A stretch of DNA of 64,000 nt, from IMG/VR virus record IMGVR_UViG_3300029922_000037; one strand, 5' to 3'. Each line of letters starts with the position of its first letter. The first letter of the stretch is position 1. Made by a program: the position numbers and the translations under genes. Source of the DNA: an uncultured virus (IMG/VR IMGVR_UViG_3300029922_000037). Taxonomy: Duplodnaviria; Heunggongvirae; Uroviricota; Caudoviricetes. The notes under the pieces were generated by a model. The model had not been told where the DNA came from and did not search any database. It saw only the letters and a program-made list of their open reading frames with translations. Of the stretch, positions 27,030 to 38,600 are shown piece after piece.

Positions 27030-27766
27030 TGCCACTCGCATCAGGCGACAGCCAATCCGTGATCAGTTCCAACATAGCCGAAATGATTCGTGCCGGACAT
27101 CCGCGCGCGCAGGCAGTCGCCGCCGCCTACCATAATGCCGGGAAGTCGCACGGCCACGTCAATCCACGCCCCGATATGATCAAAGCGCGCTGCGGCGGTC
27201 CTGGTATGTGCCCCATCTGCAAGTGCGAACAGGCTGATATGGCTGGGGTGCCGATGGTGAAGTCCGTGCTATTCGTCAAGGCCCAACCGACCGAAGCCCA
27301 GATCGCCGCTGGCAACTACAAAAAGCGGCGCATCGCCTGGCATGGACTTGAGATCGCCGTCGAGAACGAGGCGGGATCGACGCGCAGCGGCACCAAGCCG
27401 AATGGCGACAAGTGGTCGACCACCATGGTGCGCCCATACGGCTATTTCTGCCGGAGTGAAGGCACCGATGGCGATGAGGTCGACGTATTTGTCGGGCCGG
27501 ATGAAGACGCCACGCAGGTCTATGTGGTGCGCCAGCGCAAAGTCGGCGACTGGGAGCGCTACGACGAGGACAAAGTGATGGTCAACTTCCCCAATGAGAC
27601 TGCGGCGCGCGCGGCATTTTTGCGCAATTACGATGACCCGCGCTTTCTGGGGCCGATCACCGCCATGCCGGTTGACGAGTTCGTCGCCAAGGTGCGTGCT
27701 ACGTATGACAAGCCTGCGATGATTAAGGCTGTGCTGTTCTTCAAGGAAACCACCAAGTCATCGTGA
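27029..27766 (+). CDS. phage inorganic pyrophosphatase-like (InPase) protein
   Basis: [13 protein letters not shown]...IAVEN..GSTRSG...YGY...[13 protein letters not shown]...DEDKVM. Confidence 0.85.
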   Translation: MPLASGDSQSVISSNIAEMIRAGHPRAQAVAAAYHNAGKSHGHVNPRPDMIKARCGGPGMCPICKCEQADMAGVPMVKSVLFVKAQPTEAQIAAGNYKKRRIAWHGLEIAVENEAGSTRSGTKPNGDKWSTTMVRPYGYFCRSEGTDGDEVDVFVGPDEDATQVYVVRQRKVGDWERYDEDKVMVNFPNETAARAAFLRNYDDPRFLGPITAMPVDEFVAKVRATYDKPAMIKAVLFFKETTKSS

Positions 27767-27775
27767 TGGTAGGCT
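27762..27775 (+). promoter_or_regulatory. CGTGAY-N3-A-N3-T promoter motif
   Basis: tCGTGATggtAggcT upstream of the DarB-like gene. Confidence 0.5.
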
Positions 27776-27804
27776 GTCAGAATCCCAATCTGACGGCCAC
27801 TGCG

Positions 27805-30800
27805 ATGCTGATATTCTTCAAATCCGAGCAATTTGGCTTGTTTAGTGCGCCTGTCCATGTCGGAGCGAGCGTGCGTGCCGATGGTACCGTAGTGGCACCG
27901 CATACGCGCATCCAAAAAATCAAACTGAAGCACGATACTGCGCCTCGGCACAAGAAGCTTGATTCGTTCATTGCCGCACATGGCGGCACCGAGCGGCTTT
28001 CCAATACATTGTCAGGCATGACGGAACCGCAGCGCCAGCGTCTGATCGCCGAAATGGCGAAATTGGATGGAATCACACCTGAACAAGTGGCGGCGAAGTT
28101 CGTTATCACCGTACCTACAGCTACAGTCGGCGAAACGCCGGACCTGTTTTCCGCGCCAATAGAGCCTGAAATTGCAACGGAATCGGCTGAACCTGCAACA
28201 AAACATGAAATAACCGAACACGTCACCGGGCGCGGTAAGACGCTGCGCGGCGTGGTTCGGCATGATCTGAGCGCTGACCAGGCCAAGGCCATTGACGAAT
28301 ACACGTTCAAAAAGGACGGTGGCTGGTTCATTCGCGAGAAGCATCTTGGCACCACACCAGCGATTTCGCGTGCGAAAGCAGTAGAGTATTCAATGCATGT
28401 GGCGCCTGTCGAACCACATCCTATCGAAGCCGCTGCGCCAGCGTCAGCAGTCGAGCAAGGCCCATTCGGCGTCCCCGCCGGCATCACCAAAGCCAGGCGC
28501 CGCGAAATCAACCAAAAAGCATTCGATATCGTCAATTCCGGCAAAGACATCACCGACAGCGATCGCGCTGTCTTGCGCCAATACAGCGGTAACGGTGGCT
28601 GCGGCGACAGCTTGAACGAGTTCTATACCGACCAGGAAGTGGCGAAGTCCATGTGGACAGTCCTGGGGCGGCTCGGCGTAACGCATGGCACTGTGCTGGA
28701 ACCATCCTGCGCGACCGGCGTTTTTGCGCATACTGCGCCGGTCGGCGTGCGCCTTACCGGCGTCGAACTCGACCCGACCAGCGCAGCGATCGCCGATGTC
28801 CTGCATGGTGACCGCCATGAAATCGTCAATTCCAGCCTGGAGCGTTTCGCTACATCCGATGGTGACCGCCAGTTCGATGCAGTCATCGGGAACGCGCCAT
28901 TCGGACTCCGCGGCAGTCTCATCAAAGACGATAAGCCGGAACTGTCCACCGCAGAAGGTTACTTCCTCGATACGTCGCTGGATAAGTGCAAACCCGGCGG
29001 CGTGGTGGCGATGATCGTGCCCACTGGCGTGCTCGACAGCAGCAGCGGCAGAAAGGTCCGCCAGCGCCTACTCTGCAAAGGCGAATTTCTCGGCGCCATT
29101 CGCATGCCAAACACGGCATTCGAGCACAGCCATACCGAAGTGACGACAGATATTGTGTTCTTCCGCAAACGTCCTGATGATGTAGCGGCGGCGCTGAAGT
29201 CTGCTGGGCGCGCGGCCATGAAGAAACTCGGCGTCTGGGACGAGGATTACTTGTCAGGAAACTATTTTGAAGGGCGTGGTGCTGATTCAGTCTTCGGTAC
29301 AATGGAAGCGGGCTGGCGGGCGAAGGCCGGAATCGGCAATGACATCACGGTAGCCGGGAGTATGATCGGCGTCCCAGATAGCATCAGTACATGGCAACCA
29401 GACGAATTCAAGACGCCGACGCCTACCGTGCAGGAAGTCGTTGACGCACTCGATGATGATGGCGACCGCAAGCGGGTGCTCGGCGCCGCCGTGAAACGCA
29501 ATTACGTTGTCGGCAAGGTCGGCGATACCAAGACGGTTGATGGCATTGACTATATTCTGCAGGGGCGGCCGCCGCGCTGGCACCGTGTCGACGAGTTCAT
29601 GCAGTCTGCCGATGTGACCGATGCCCAGCAGCTCGCGCGCGATATTGAGTCAGCTATCGCCGGTGGCGACCGGGTCGGCCTGGCCGAGCGCGTTCAGGCT
29701 TACGTCGATGCGCATGGGAACCCGGGAAAGAACAAGAATTTGTTGTTGGCGGCATCGCAAGATCGCGTTTTGTATCGTCTCATTGGCGCCGTCAAACCCG
29801 ACGGCACGCTGTCTGATGTGGTGTCTGGGGCTACTGTGCAGCGCGTCGAGGGGTCGTTCGAGACCGCTGCGCAGTCGCTTGCGATCGAGCATGACAATGG
29901 CCTATTCACAGTTGCCGATCTGGCGGCGCGCATGGACAAACCAGTTGCCGACGTCGAGGACCATCTCTTTGCCTCGTCCGACTACGCCTATGCAGGTGGC
30001 GACCGCTGGACGACCATGGACATTTACCTTACCGGAGACCTCTGGCCGAAGCTGGATGGGGTCCGCGCAGCGACAGCACAAGGCGAACTCCGTGAAGGAC
30101 TAGCAGAAAAATATGCGCTGCAGGCAAAACGCCTAGAAGACGCCATCGACCCGAAGTCGCTCGAAGACGTCGACATCCAGGTCAACACCGCGTTCCTGCC
30201 TACAACCATACTCGAAGCCTACCTGAACGACAAAAAGAACAATTCCGGTAACGACTGGGAGCGCAAGCACCCAGACATATCGATCAAGTTTGCAGATGCG
30301 TGGTACACGGTCACAGGTGGCAGCGAGTATTCGAGCGCACAGAAGTTGCTCACCAATTACCTAAACCGTGATGGCGTCGGCAAGAAAGACTTACCTGACA
30401 TTCAGGCACTCAATGAAGACTTCAAGGCGTGGTTGCTGACGAGTCGATACCGTGACGAGGTTGAAGACTTGTATAACCGGCGCTTCCGTGGCTTTGTCCA
30501 GAAGGAGTTTTCGGACGCAACAATTGATATCCCGGGCATGAATACTGAGGGCCTGAAGCAATACCAGTACGCGGGGTTGCGCTGGGCGATGTCCGCTGGT
30601 AAAGGAATTGTCGCGGCTGACGTCGGGCTCGGCAAGACCGTACGTGGTCTCATGCTAGCGCGCATGGCGAAAATCAATGGCACCGCGCAGCGCCCCACGT
30701 TCGTGGTGCCGAAGTCAGTTCTGGCCAACTGGGTCGCCGAAGCCGAGCGCTGGTTTCCTGGCAGCCGCTGTCTGGTGATAGGTGAAACCTACACGCGCGA

Positions 30801-33800
30801 TGCCGATGGCATGCTCAAGAGCAAACCCGATGACGCCGCCACTCGTGCGCGCAAGCTACACGACATGGTGCAAAACGATTACGACTTCATTTTCATCTCG
30901 CAACCGACATTCTCAGAAATCGACATTGACCCGATTACCAAGGGCGAATACGTCAGTTCCGACTTCTGGGTGCAGCGTGGCGACAAGAAGGGCAACGCCG
31001 GCGACAAGAAGTTGAAGAAAATCCGTGAGGCGTACGATCAGGCGATTGCCAATCGTGAGTTCGGGAAGCGAACAGACGCGATCTATTGGAATGACCTTGG
31101 CGTCGACATGCTGTTAGTGGATGAAGGGCAAAATTTCAAAAATTTGTTTTCTGCCAAGGCAAGATTCGGCTCGACGCCTAAGTTCCTTGGCGGCCAAGGC
31201 GAGAGCATGCGCGCCTTTGACCTGAACATGAAAACGCGGTACCTGCGCGAGCACAATGATGGCAAAGGCATTTATCTGCTGTCCGCGACACCGACAAAGA
31301 ACTCGCCGCTGGAAATTTATTCGATGTTGTCGCATATCGCGCCGGAAGCGTTTGAACAGATCGGCATCCGCAACAGTGAAGAGTTCCTGGACCGGTTCTG
31401 CTTGTTTGTCGAGGACAAGGTACTCACCACCACCGGTACCATCGAAGACGCCATGGTGACCGCTGGCTTCAAGAACTTGGGTGAGTTGCGCGAGATCATG
31501 CGCAAGTACATCGACCGCAAAACCGCTGCCGATGTCGGGCTCGTGCTGCCTCAGCGCGATGACCAGATGCACTTGGTAGACATGAACGCAGAGCAACAAG
31601 CCGTCTACGCGGGATTGCGCCAGGACCTGATTGACTCGGCCAAGGAAAAAGACGCTACCGGAGACGCACACATTTTCTCGATCATGAGCAAGATGGGGAA
31701 AGCGGCTCTTGATTTGGAACTACTTGACCCTGAAAAATATGTTGGCGAAGTCAGTCCAAAATATGAAGATGCGGCCAAGGTGATCGCGGCCGGTGCCAAA
31801 GACGGGGGTCAGGTAGTTTTCTGTGACAGCGTGCAAGCGCACCAAAAGATTGTCGAAGCACTCGTGCGCGCCGGCATGGACCGCAAGCGAATCGCCATCA
31901 TCAATGCCTCAGAAGCGGAATCATCCTCCAAGCGCCAGAACATCGCCGACGCCTTCAATGCCGGCAAACTCGATGCCGTGGTTGGCAACACCGCGACCAT
32001 GGGTGAAGGCGTCAACCTGCAGAAAAAGACAACCGATATCCATCACTTCGATTTTCCTTGGGACCCGGCCAGCATGCAACAGCGCAATGGCCGTGGACTG
32101 CGCCAGGGTAATATCAATGAGGCTGTGCGCATTCACTCCTACATGAGCAAGGGTTCGTTTGACGGTTACCGATACCAATCCATGATGGCGAAAAAGGATT
32201 GGCAGGATATTTTGTGGACTGGTGGCGATACCGTCGAGAATCTGGCGCGCGAGGGGAAACTTGATCGGTCCGACCTGCTGATCATGATGTCTGCCGATCC
32301 TGACGCAGAGCGTGCCAAGTTCGAAGCCGATAAAGCTGCAGCGGCCCAGCGCTACGGCGCCGACCAAACGCGCGATGCCGCCTATGAGTTCAAGCGTCTG
32401 CAGTTGAAGAAGCAATCCTATGGCGAACTCAAGAACAAGGATAACGCCAGCGCAGCGCGGTTGCGGTCACAGATCGATCAAGCCACCAATAAATTGGTGA
32501 AAAACAAGTATTTCATCGCCAAGGAAGCGCTAACCAGCAAAGTCCCGGTTGTGATCCATCCCGAGACCGGCGCTGCATTGAGCGCTGGAGTAGGACTCGA
32601 TGTCGCCGAAAAGAACGGTACCATTGGTAAATGGGTGATCAGTTCCGTTAATCCGATCAGCGGAAACGTGTCCATGCGCCGCTACGGAGAACTCGGAAAC
32701 GCTCGCGCTATATCGGTTCCGTTGAAGGAAATGGAAACCGGCGTCACTACTTTCAACTATGTCGAAGCCGATGAACAGGCAGTGATCGCTACCAAGTTAT
32801 CGGCGGCTGCGGAAGATTCAGTCGGCTCGGTGGTTGATCTGAAGTCGCTGAAGGGTATGCCGTCTGCTGTGATCCATTCCAATTACAAGGCCCTGCAAAG
32901 CCGCTTGAAAGAAGGTCTTCGTGATTACAAGTGGTCTTCTCCGTATGGCGGTATGGGGTTCCTTGATGCGTCTGGTACGCCTGTTGCCGCTGAATCGTAT
33001 GAGGCGCATAAGTTGGCGGCTTCGGACCAGCACGATATCATGCTCCCCACTGACGAGCATCGGGAAAAGGCAATCCAGGCATATATCGACGATGAGAAGG
33101 CTAAGCGGTTCACTACTGAGTATGTGACCGGTCGCAACCGTAGCCGACCAGGACAGACCGTATTCGTACAGCGCATGCCTGGTAAGCACGATCAAAGCTA
33201 CAACCGGTGGAAGTCGATCGGCAATGAATTGTTCGGGCATGAATTCGAGAAGGATGCTAAATCGGCATTCCATAGTGTTCAGGGCGATACCATACGCCAT
33301 GCGCCAACCTTCCATGATGCCATCCGCGCAGCGGTTCCGATGGCTGATATTGGGTACGGAACCACACCGAAGTGGCCGCGCAAGGCGCTGGCCGTGCTGT
33401 ACGCAAAGGCCAAGCACGATGGTGTTCTGGACAAACCATTCCAAGAAGTGCAGCCGAAGTCGTCTCGTGGTGATAACGAGGTTCACAAGGACATATGGAA
33501 GTATGGGGAAAGTGGAAACGCGTTGATGAGCGGGATATATGGCGGTGGCACCACCGTGCGCGACGCCTTGACAACCCTTGCGCAACACAATGGATACGCT
33601 GACCTAGCATCTGCCATGACGGTATCTAGTACCAAGCCTGAAACTGCGGCCAAAGATGCTGGGCGTTTGCTCAACATGCCGCTGGCGCGTCACTCGGTGG
33701 ATGCATTGCGCTACCTCGCCGCCAAGCACCCAGATATCGGCAAGACCACCTTGAAGGATTTAGGCATGCAGACGTACCGCCAAAACTCGCATCTCAACGC

Positions 33801-33861
33801 CAATGACCTGGCCCGCACATTGGACGAGATGCTGCCGAAATTCGAAGAGGTGGCAGCATGA
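27805..33861 (+). CDS. DarB-like N6-adenine methyltransferase-SNF2 helicase fusion
   Basis: VLEPSCATG, IGNAPFG, ADVGLGKT, VDEGQNFKN, LSATP, QRNGRGLRQGN; start taken at MLIFFKS. Confidence 0.9.
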   Translation: MLIFFKSEQFGLFSAPVHVGASVRADGTVVAPHTRIQKIKLKHDTAPRHKKLDSFIAAHGGTERLSNTLSGMTEPQRQRLIAEMAKLDGITPEQVAAKFVITVPTATVGETPDLFSAPIEPEIATESAEPATKHEITEHVTGRGKTLRGVVRHDLSADQAKAIDEYTFKKDGGWFIREKHLGTTPAISRAKAVEYSMHVAPVEPHPIEAAAPASAVEQGPFGVPAGITKARRREINQKAFDIVNSGKDITDSDRAVLRQYSGNGGCGDSLNEFYTDQEVAKSMWTVLGRLGVTHGTVLEPSCATGVFAHTAPVGVRLTGVELDPTSAAIADVLHGDRHEIVNSSLERFATSDGDRQFDAVIGNAPFGLRGSLIKDDKPELSTAEGYFLDTSLDKCKPGGVVAMIVPTGVLDSSSGRKVRQRLLCKGEFLGAIRMPNTAFEHSHTEVTTDIVFFRKRPDDVAAALKSAGRAAMKKLGVWDEDYLSGNYFEGRGADSVFGTMEAGWRAKAGIGNDITVAGSMIGVPDSISTWQPDEFKTPTPTVQEVVDALDDDGDRKRVLGAAVKRNYVVGKVGDTKTVDGIDYILQGRPPRWHRVDEFMQSADVTDAQQLARDIESAIAGGDRVGLAERVQAYVDAHGNPGKNKNLLLAASQDRVLYRLIGAVKPDGTLSDVVSGATVQRVEGSFETAAQSLAIEHDNGLFTVADLAARMDKPVADVEDHLFASSDYAYAGGDRWTTMDIYLTGDLWPKLDGVRAATAQGELREGLAEKYALQAKRLEDAIDPKSLEDVDIQVNTAFLPTTILEAYLNDKKNNSGNDWERKHPDISIKFADAWYTVTGGSEYSSAQKLLTNYLNRDGVGKKDLPDIQALNEDFKAWLLTSRYRDEVEDLYNRRFRGFVQKEFSDATIDIPGMNTEGLKQYQYAGLRWAMSAGKGIVAADVGLGKTVRGLMLARMAKINGTAQRPTFVVPKSVLANWVAEAERWFPGSRCLVIGETYTRDADGMLKSKPDDAATRARKLHDMVQNDYDFIFISQPTFSEIDIDPITKGEYVSSDFWVQRGDKKGNAGDKKLKKIREAYDQAIANREFGKRTDAIYWNDLGVDMLLVDEGQNFKNLFSAKARFGSTPKFLGGQGESMRAFDLNMKTRYLREHNDGKGIYLLSATPTKNSPLEIYSMLSHIAPEAFEQIGIRNSEEFLDRFCLFVEDKVLTTTGTIEDAMVTAGFKNLGELREIMRKYIDRKTAADVGLVLPQRDDQMHLVDMNAEQQAVYAGLRQDLIDSAKEKDATGDAHIFSIMSKMGKAALDLELLDPEKYVGEVSPKYEDAAKVIAAGAKDGGQVVFCDSVQAHQKIVEALVRAGMDRKRIAIINASEAESSSKRQNIADAFNAGKLDAVVGNTATMGEGVNLQKKTTDIHHFDFPWDPASMQQRNGRGLRQGNINEAVRIHSYMSKGSFDGYRYQSMMAKKDWQDILWTGGDTVENLAREGKLDRSDLLIMMSADPDAERAKFEADKAAAAQRYGADQTRDAAYEFKRLQLKKQSYGELKNKDNASAARLRSQIDQATNKLVKNKYFIAKEALTSKVPVVIHPETGAALSAGVGLDVAEKNGTIGKWVISSVNPISGNVSMRRYGELGNARAISVPLKEMETGVTTFNYVEADEQAVIATKLSAAAEDSVGSVVDLKSLKGMPSAVIHSNYKALQSRLKEGLRDYKWSSPYGGMGFLDASGTPVAAESYEAHKLAASDQHDIMLPTDEHREKAIQAYIDDEKAKRFTTEYVTGRNRSRPGQTVFVQRMPGKHDQSYNRWKSIGNELFGHEFEKDAKSAFHSVQGDTIRHAPTFHDAIRAAVPMADIGYGTTPKWPRKALAVLYAKAKHDGVLDKPFQEVQPKSSRGDNEVHKDIWKYGESGNALMSGIYGGGTTVRDALTTLAQHNGYADLASAMTVSSTKPETAAKDAGRLLNMPLARHSVDALRYLAAKHPDIGKTTLKDLGMQTYRQNSHLNANDLARTLDEMLPKFEEVAA

Positions 33862-34175
33862 TCAACCCAAAACAATTCGCCGCTAGCACGCTCGAACTGC
33901 TGCAGGCCAACCCGCGCAATTATCGCAACTTCGGCACACACTGGTATTTCGTCAAGGCGCTGATGAAGCGGTTTTATACCGCCGATAACCTGTACCTGCT
34001 TGGTGATTTTGACGATCCCTCTGTGACGGCGCGCATGGAGCCGCCTGATGACTTGCAGAGTGCGCTCTCTGGCGCGGTCGAGGAATATCAGGAGAATGCA
34101 TGCTTTGGCATGGGCGCGGTCGAGTTGACTGATGACGCTGGCGAGAAGTTTATCCTCATTGATGCCGACGCCTAG
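33858..34175 (+). CDS. hypothetical protein coupled to the DarB-like gene
   Basis: ATGA overlap; GAGG RBS. Confidence 0.75.
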   Translation: MINPKQFAASTLELLQANPRNYRNFGTHWYFVKALMKRFYTADNLYLLGDFDDPSVTARMEPPDDLQSALSGAVEEYQENACFGMGAVELTDDAGEKFILIDADA

Positions 34176-34180
34176 CGACT

Positions 34181-34210
34181 GCTATCATATGCTATCATAT
34201 GCTATTATAT
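34181..34210. repeat. 10-bp tandem repeat x3 (GCTATYATAT)
   Basis: gctatcatat gctatcatat gctattatat between convergent genes. Confidence 0.85.
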
Positions 34211-34253
34211 CAATGCGCGAGACATGTTCAGGCTCACAGCTTGAAGTACCTGA

Positions 34254-35042
34254 CTATCGCGCTTCCAGTACATCATTTTTCCACATCAATTCACCATTGG
34301 CGTCGATTGCCCCAAACTTCTCGCCAGCTTTAAGCAAATAGTAGCGGCCGTTGTGACGACGCTCTTGATATTTCCGGCGCGTCAGCAGACAGTTCGTCCC
34401 GGCAATTGAGCGACCAAACATGTTTGCCAACTCATACACGTAGTAGAGTTTTTTATTTGACTGAACCGATGTCAATGGAAGCGGCAATTGCTCTTGCTGT
34501 GTCGATGCCGACGACTCCACCACCTTCACCTTGGCGGTGGCAATCTGCATGAATTCCACCAAAGCTATACCAGTGGCACGATATGCTGCCACGGATGCCA
34601 TACTGAGCGCTTTGGTGTCGTCTAACCCGCTTTCCTTGAAGTGCTTATACATGTCGCCGGTGATGTAGCCTGATTGCACGGCTGGATGCATGGTGACCGC
34701 CGGCGCGGCGATCGGCACGGCCTGCGCGACGCGCTCGCACTCGATGAAATACTGTCGCGCTTCCTTGCCCTTGGCGTTCCGCTCGACCATGGACAGTTCC
34801 TTCGCCATGTCGGTGGTGATGTGGTGGTCAACCCGGTTTTGACCACCTCGACCTTCGCTCCCCAAAATCGGGGAGCAAAGATAATCGGTATTTTCCACAA
34901 ACCCATATTGGCTGATGCGATCTTTCAACCATGTTGAATAATCCTTGCCGACTTCCAAAAACGTATGCAAATCCCGAGCATTAACGGTCTGCACCGAGTT
35001 ATCGCCGATTTTGGCGGTTGCTATTGTGATTATTTGATTCAT
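34254..35042 (-). CDS. AntA/AntB-family antirepressor
   Basis: VNARDLHTFLEVGKDYSTWLKDRI..YGF.EN.DY...MAKELSMVERNAKGKEARQYFIECE. Confidence 0.92.
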   Translation of the reverse strand: MNQIITIATAKIGDNSVQTVNARDLHTFLEVGKDYSTWLKDRISQYGFVENTDYLCSPILGSEGRGGQNRVDHHITTDMAKELSMVERNAKGKEARQYFIECERVAQAVPIAAPAVTMHPAVQSGYITGDMYKHFKESGLDDTKALSMASVAAYRATGIALVEFMQIATAKVKVVESSASTQQEQLPLPLTSVQSNKKLYYVYELANMFGRSIAGTNCLLTRRKYQERRHNGRYYLLKAGEKFGAIDANGELMWKNDVLEAR

Positions 35043-35063
35043 TTTTGACTTTCTTTATCGCCT

Positions 35064-35128
35064 AATAGTGAGGGCCTTGGCAGTCCCTGCCAGAATTCAG
35101 GGATGGTCTTTCGACCGCCCTCACTATT
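35064..35128 (-). ncRNA. multibranch RNA structure in the antirepressor leader (c4-antisense-like)
   Basis: Outer stem AATAGTGAGGGC/GCCCTCACTATT; inner GGTC-GAAA-GACC and TCCCTG..CAGGGA. Confidence 0.5.
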
Positions 35129-35249
35129 TTAAGCATTAAGGTTCACATAATTCCATCGAGATCCGCCAAGATTTACGATGGTGCTTAGATAACCGGTCGT
35201 TGCGACCGATGAGAAATAATACCAGAACCGCGCAAATTTGAGCAAGTTT

Positions 35250-35555
35250 TTTGCGCCGGTTACGCAAATTGTTACGCTGTTACGCCAAAATATCGCTAAG
35301 TCATTGATTTTAAAGCGGTTACAAAGTAACAGTAACAAATGCGGATAGACATATATATGCGCATCATGCGCGCACACACACAATATGTTTCCTATATGCA
35401 ATATAGATTGCTCACATAGTATCTATCTATATATATCTATGTTACTTTGTAACTGTATACTATAAGTATGAAAAAAATGTAATGAAATCAAAGACTTGGA
35501 ACGGTAACAGAAACGTAACAACGCGTAACAACTGCTGTTGTTGCGTTACCGGCAA
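35250..35555. repeat. origin-like element B, homologous to 2590-2890
   Basis: About 12 GTAAC/GTTAC; shared blocks TAAGTCATTGATTTTAAAG, ATCTATGT.ACTTTGTAACTGTATA and GAAATCAAAGACTT. Confidence 0.65.
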
Positions 35556-35579
35556 CAAAACACAGTGAATTGGCGTCGT

Positions 35580-35593
35580 CGTGACCTGAATAT
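35580..35593 (+). promoter_or_regulatory. CGTGAY-N3-A-N3-T promoter motif
   Basis: gtcgtCGTGACctgAataT, 7 nt before ATG 35601. Confidence 0.7.
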
Positions 35594-35600
35594 GGTGGAC

Positions 35601-38600
35601 ATGATGCCTATTCTGTTTTTCAAATCTATTCCGGCCGGTGCGCGCTGGATCTCAGTCCATCCGAATGGCCCAGGCACAAAAGGTCAGCCGGTGTTGATCC
35701 AACCCAATGCCGATGGCAGTGCTCATGTGATCGGTGGCGCCGGTGGCAAACTCAACTACCTCAAGATCCGTGGCGTTCGCAGTGAATCCGACTACAAGCG
35801 CGAAGCCGAAGAAAAGAAAAAGAACAAGGTCGAAGCCGACAAGGCTCAGCGCAAAGCCGATAAAGAGGCTGGCCTGGTGGAGTCGAAGAAAAAAGCGCAT
35901 GCAGACGTCAAGCGCCAGGTAGCTGGAAAGGAACAGGAATTCGTGCAAAAGGTGGCGGCCAAGATGAAGTGGGCGCCGGAGACGCTGCAATTCCCAGAGG
36001 CCAAGGTCGCCGACATGTCGCCGGCGGCGGCGGCCAAGGTCCGCGCAAAATTCCACAACGAGTTGGTGGCGCGCGCCAACGAGGCAGTCAACCTCCAGAA
36101 AAAGATGTTGGTCGACAACGCGGCGGCGCGCATGGAAGCCGATATTGGCGAGATCCCGCTGGAATCGAAAGACCCTGACGTGCTGTCCGTGGCGGACCTG
36201 AACCCAGTCAAGGCGGAAACCGGTGGCCTTGGCTTCGCGCCGAAATACGCCGACCGCGCTGAAAAGGCTGGGCTCACCGAAGCCGACCTCGCCAAAGAGG
36301 TTCAGGCAAGCAAACAGGCCAAGCAAGATGCGATGACGCCGGCGCAGCGCAACGCCGCAGTCGCCAAGGGCGAGACCGCCAAGATGGTGGCGATCGAACT
36401 GGCGACTATCAGGGAGCCGCTTGTCAGCGCCGACGCGCATGTGCAACTCGTCGACGCCCGCGCCGCCATGGAACTCGTCAAAGAGCAGAAAGCGCTCAAG
36501 CAGGTACAGCAAAAGGCGCAAGCAGCCAACAAGGAAATTGCAAAGACAGCGGCCGAACCAAAAGCGTACGTGATCGAGTACACCGCCGATCCCGATGCCG
36601 ACGAAAAGATTGAGCACGATATCGAGTCCGACCTGCGCACCGTCAAGACGAAAGCGTTCCTGTCAGAATTCCAGCGGCTTGCCGGCGATGAGCCGATAGA
36701 GACACTGGGCAAGTACATCGGTGTCGGTGCCTACAACAGCATCAACTCGCTGGCGCTGGCCGTCGGTGGCGACGCGCTGGTGGACAGGTCTGTCGTGGAC
36801 GTACTCGGTATTGCTGGCGCCGCTCAAGTCCTGGCGCGGCGGATCCACAATGACTTGCCGGATCAGGTGGAGCGCATCCAAGCCGGCATGCAGGAATTCC
36901 ACATCGACCACTACATGGCGGCCAGTGAGTCAGCGCTCTCGGACGCGCGCGATCTCATGGAGACCGCGCGCGAGATCGAGTTGGGTGAAATGGCAAGCGG
37001 ATCCGACCTCATGGCCGGCCAGGAACTCAATCAGCGCCGTCGCCGTGCTGTCACAGACGCGCAAAAGGTCATGGGCCAGACGCTTGGCGAGCTCGAAGCC
37101 AATGCCGCGCTCGTGGTTGCTCTGAAGCAGGGGAAGAAAGAAAGTTTTCAGGTATCGCTTGGCCGCACCACGCCAGAGTCCGCGATCCAGCGCGCGCGCG
37201 CAATCGGGCTCCAACGCGGCGACTACACGCTGGATGAGGTCGCTGGCGACAAGTTCCTGACTATCAACGGCGCTGGTCTTGATCGCCTGTCCAAACCGGT
37301 CAATGCCGCTGATGTCGCGCAGGTCCGGCGCAACATCGCAATTATCCGTGGCGACGAGGATGAGGACGGCTGGCTGCCCCTGGGCGTGGCCAATCGTCCA
37401 GATCTGGTAATGGATGTCAAACCAGGGGCATCGCCGTCGCTGGCAGAACCTTTTACCCCGGGCGCGGACCTGCAGCAATCGCTTCGAGACTATATCGGTG
37501 GTCGTGCCGCCGACGGCGACCCCGCTGCCGACATCATCGCCGATATCCAGTCTCAGGCGTTCTTCCAGAAGTCTGGCGACAACGCCGGGTATCGGGCCGC
37601 GCTCGACGCCGTGGCGCCGCTTGGCGACGGCCGGCTGCGCGCGGAGACGCTGGCACCGAAATTTGACGAATACGCAGACGCGTTCGTATCGAAGCGGTAC
37701 GGGAACACGCGGTCGACGCTGAACCGGCAGAAATTCGATGTCGATCAAAAGTCCGTCGACGCGCTGCACCGGGCTCTGGCCGCTACGCCAGAGGGAACTG
37801 CTGCCTATAAGCCGATCGGCGAACTCACCGACCAGGATCAGCGTGCTATCCGCGAATTCTTTCACGCCAATGTCGCGCATGAGGATGCTGATGCCGCTGA
37901 GTTGCGCGCAGACTTCGAAAAACACGGTGCAGCCGAACCGGAGCGCACGGTGACCGACATGTTCGGTGAAGAGACCGACAACCCCGAGCACAGTGACTGG
38001 CGCGCGCGCCGTGACGAGATGGCGGGCAAGATCAAGTCGTCGAGCCTGAACTGGTCGAAATATGTCGATGCCATGCACGGCAACGAGAACGCCTACGCAG
38101 CGGTCCAGGACCTGATTCGATCGAAAGTCGGTAAGGCGTTCGCGGAAACCTATAACAAACTCAACCCCGATAAGCCGATCCGGCTCGGGCGCTCGGTTAT
38201 CCGCAACAACCTCAACCACTTGGATGCGGTCGACCCCGTAGCGCGTGAGGCGCGCATGGCGCAAGAGCGGGCGCTGACTGACAGCTTGCGCGAGCGCAGC
38301 GGCGGCAAGTACGCGGCTGGGTCTGTGAGCGACAAAATCGATGCCGCGCGCGAGCAACAACACGCATTCGAGCAGTCACAGATGGGGTTCTTTGCCGACG
38401 ACAGTCCGCCAGATGAGGCTAAAGAGGTCGCTGTCGCCGCCGATGAGCGGCATTCTCTTGGGCACGCGGCAGAGCGCCAAGTCGCGGCCATGATGGATAA
38501 GGTCGGGCAGAATTTCAAGCCTGGGCAGCCGACCAAGATTTGGGCGCCGTCGATGAGTGGTGGCAAGAACGCGGCCAGGCAGCGGCTTGTCAAGCTGGTT

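Noticed and set aside
35538..35600. Upstream starts for the helicase (35538), DarB-like (27763), protease (40461) and neck (45407) ORFs
   Set aside because: They overlap promoter motifs, iterons or the upstream gene; downstream ATGs fit the promoter spacing or translational coupling.
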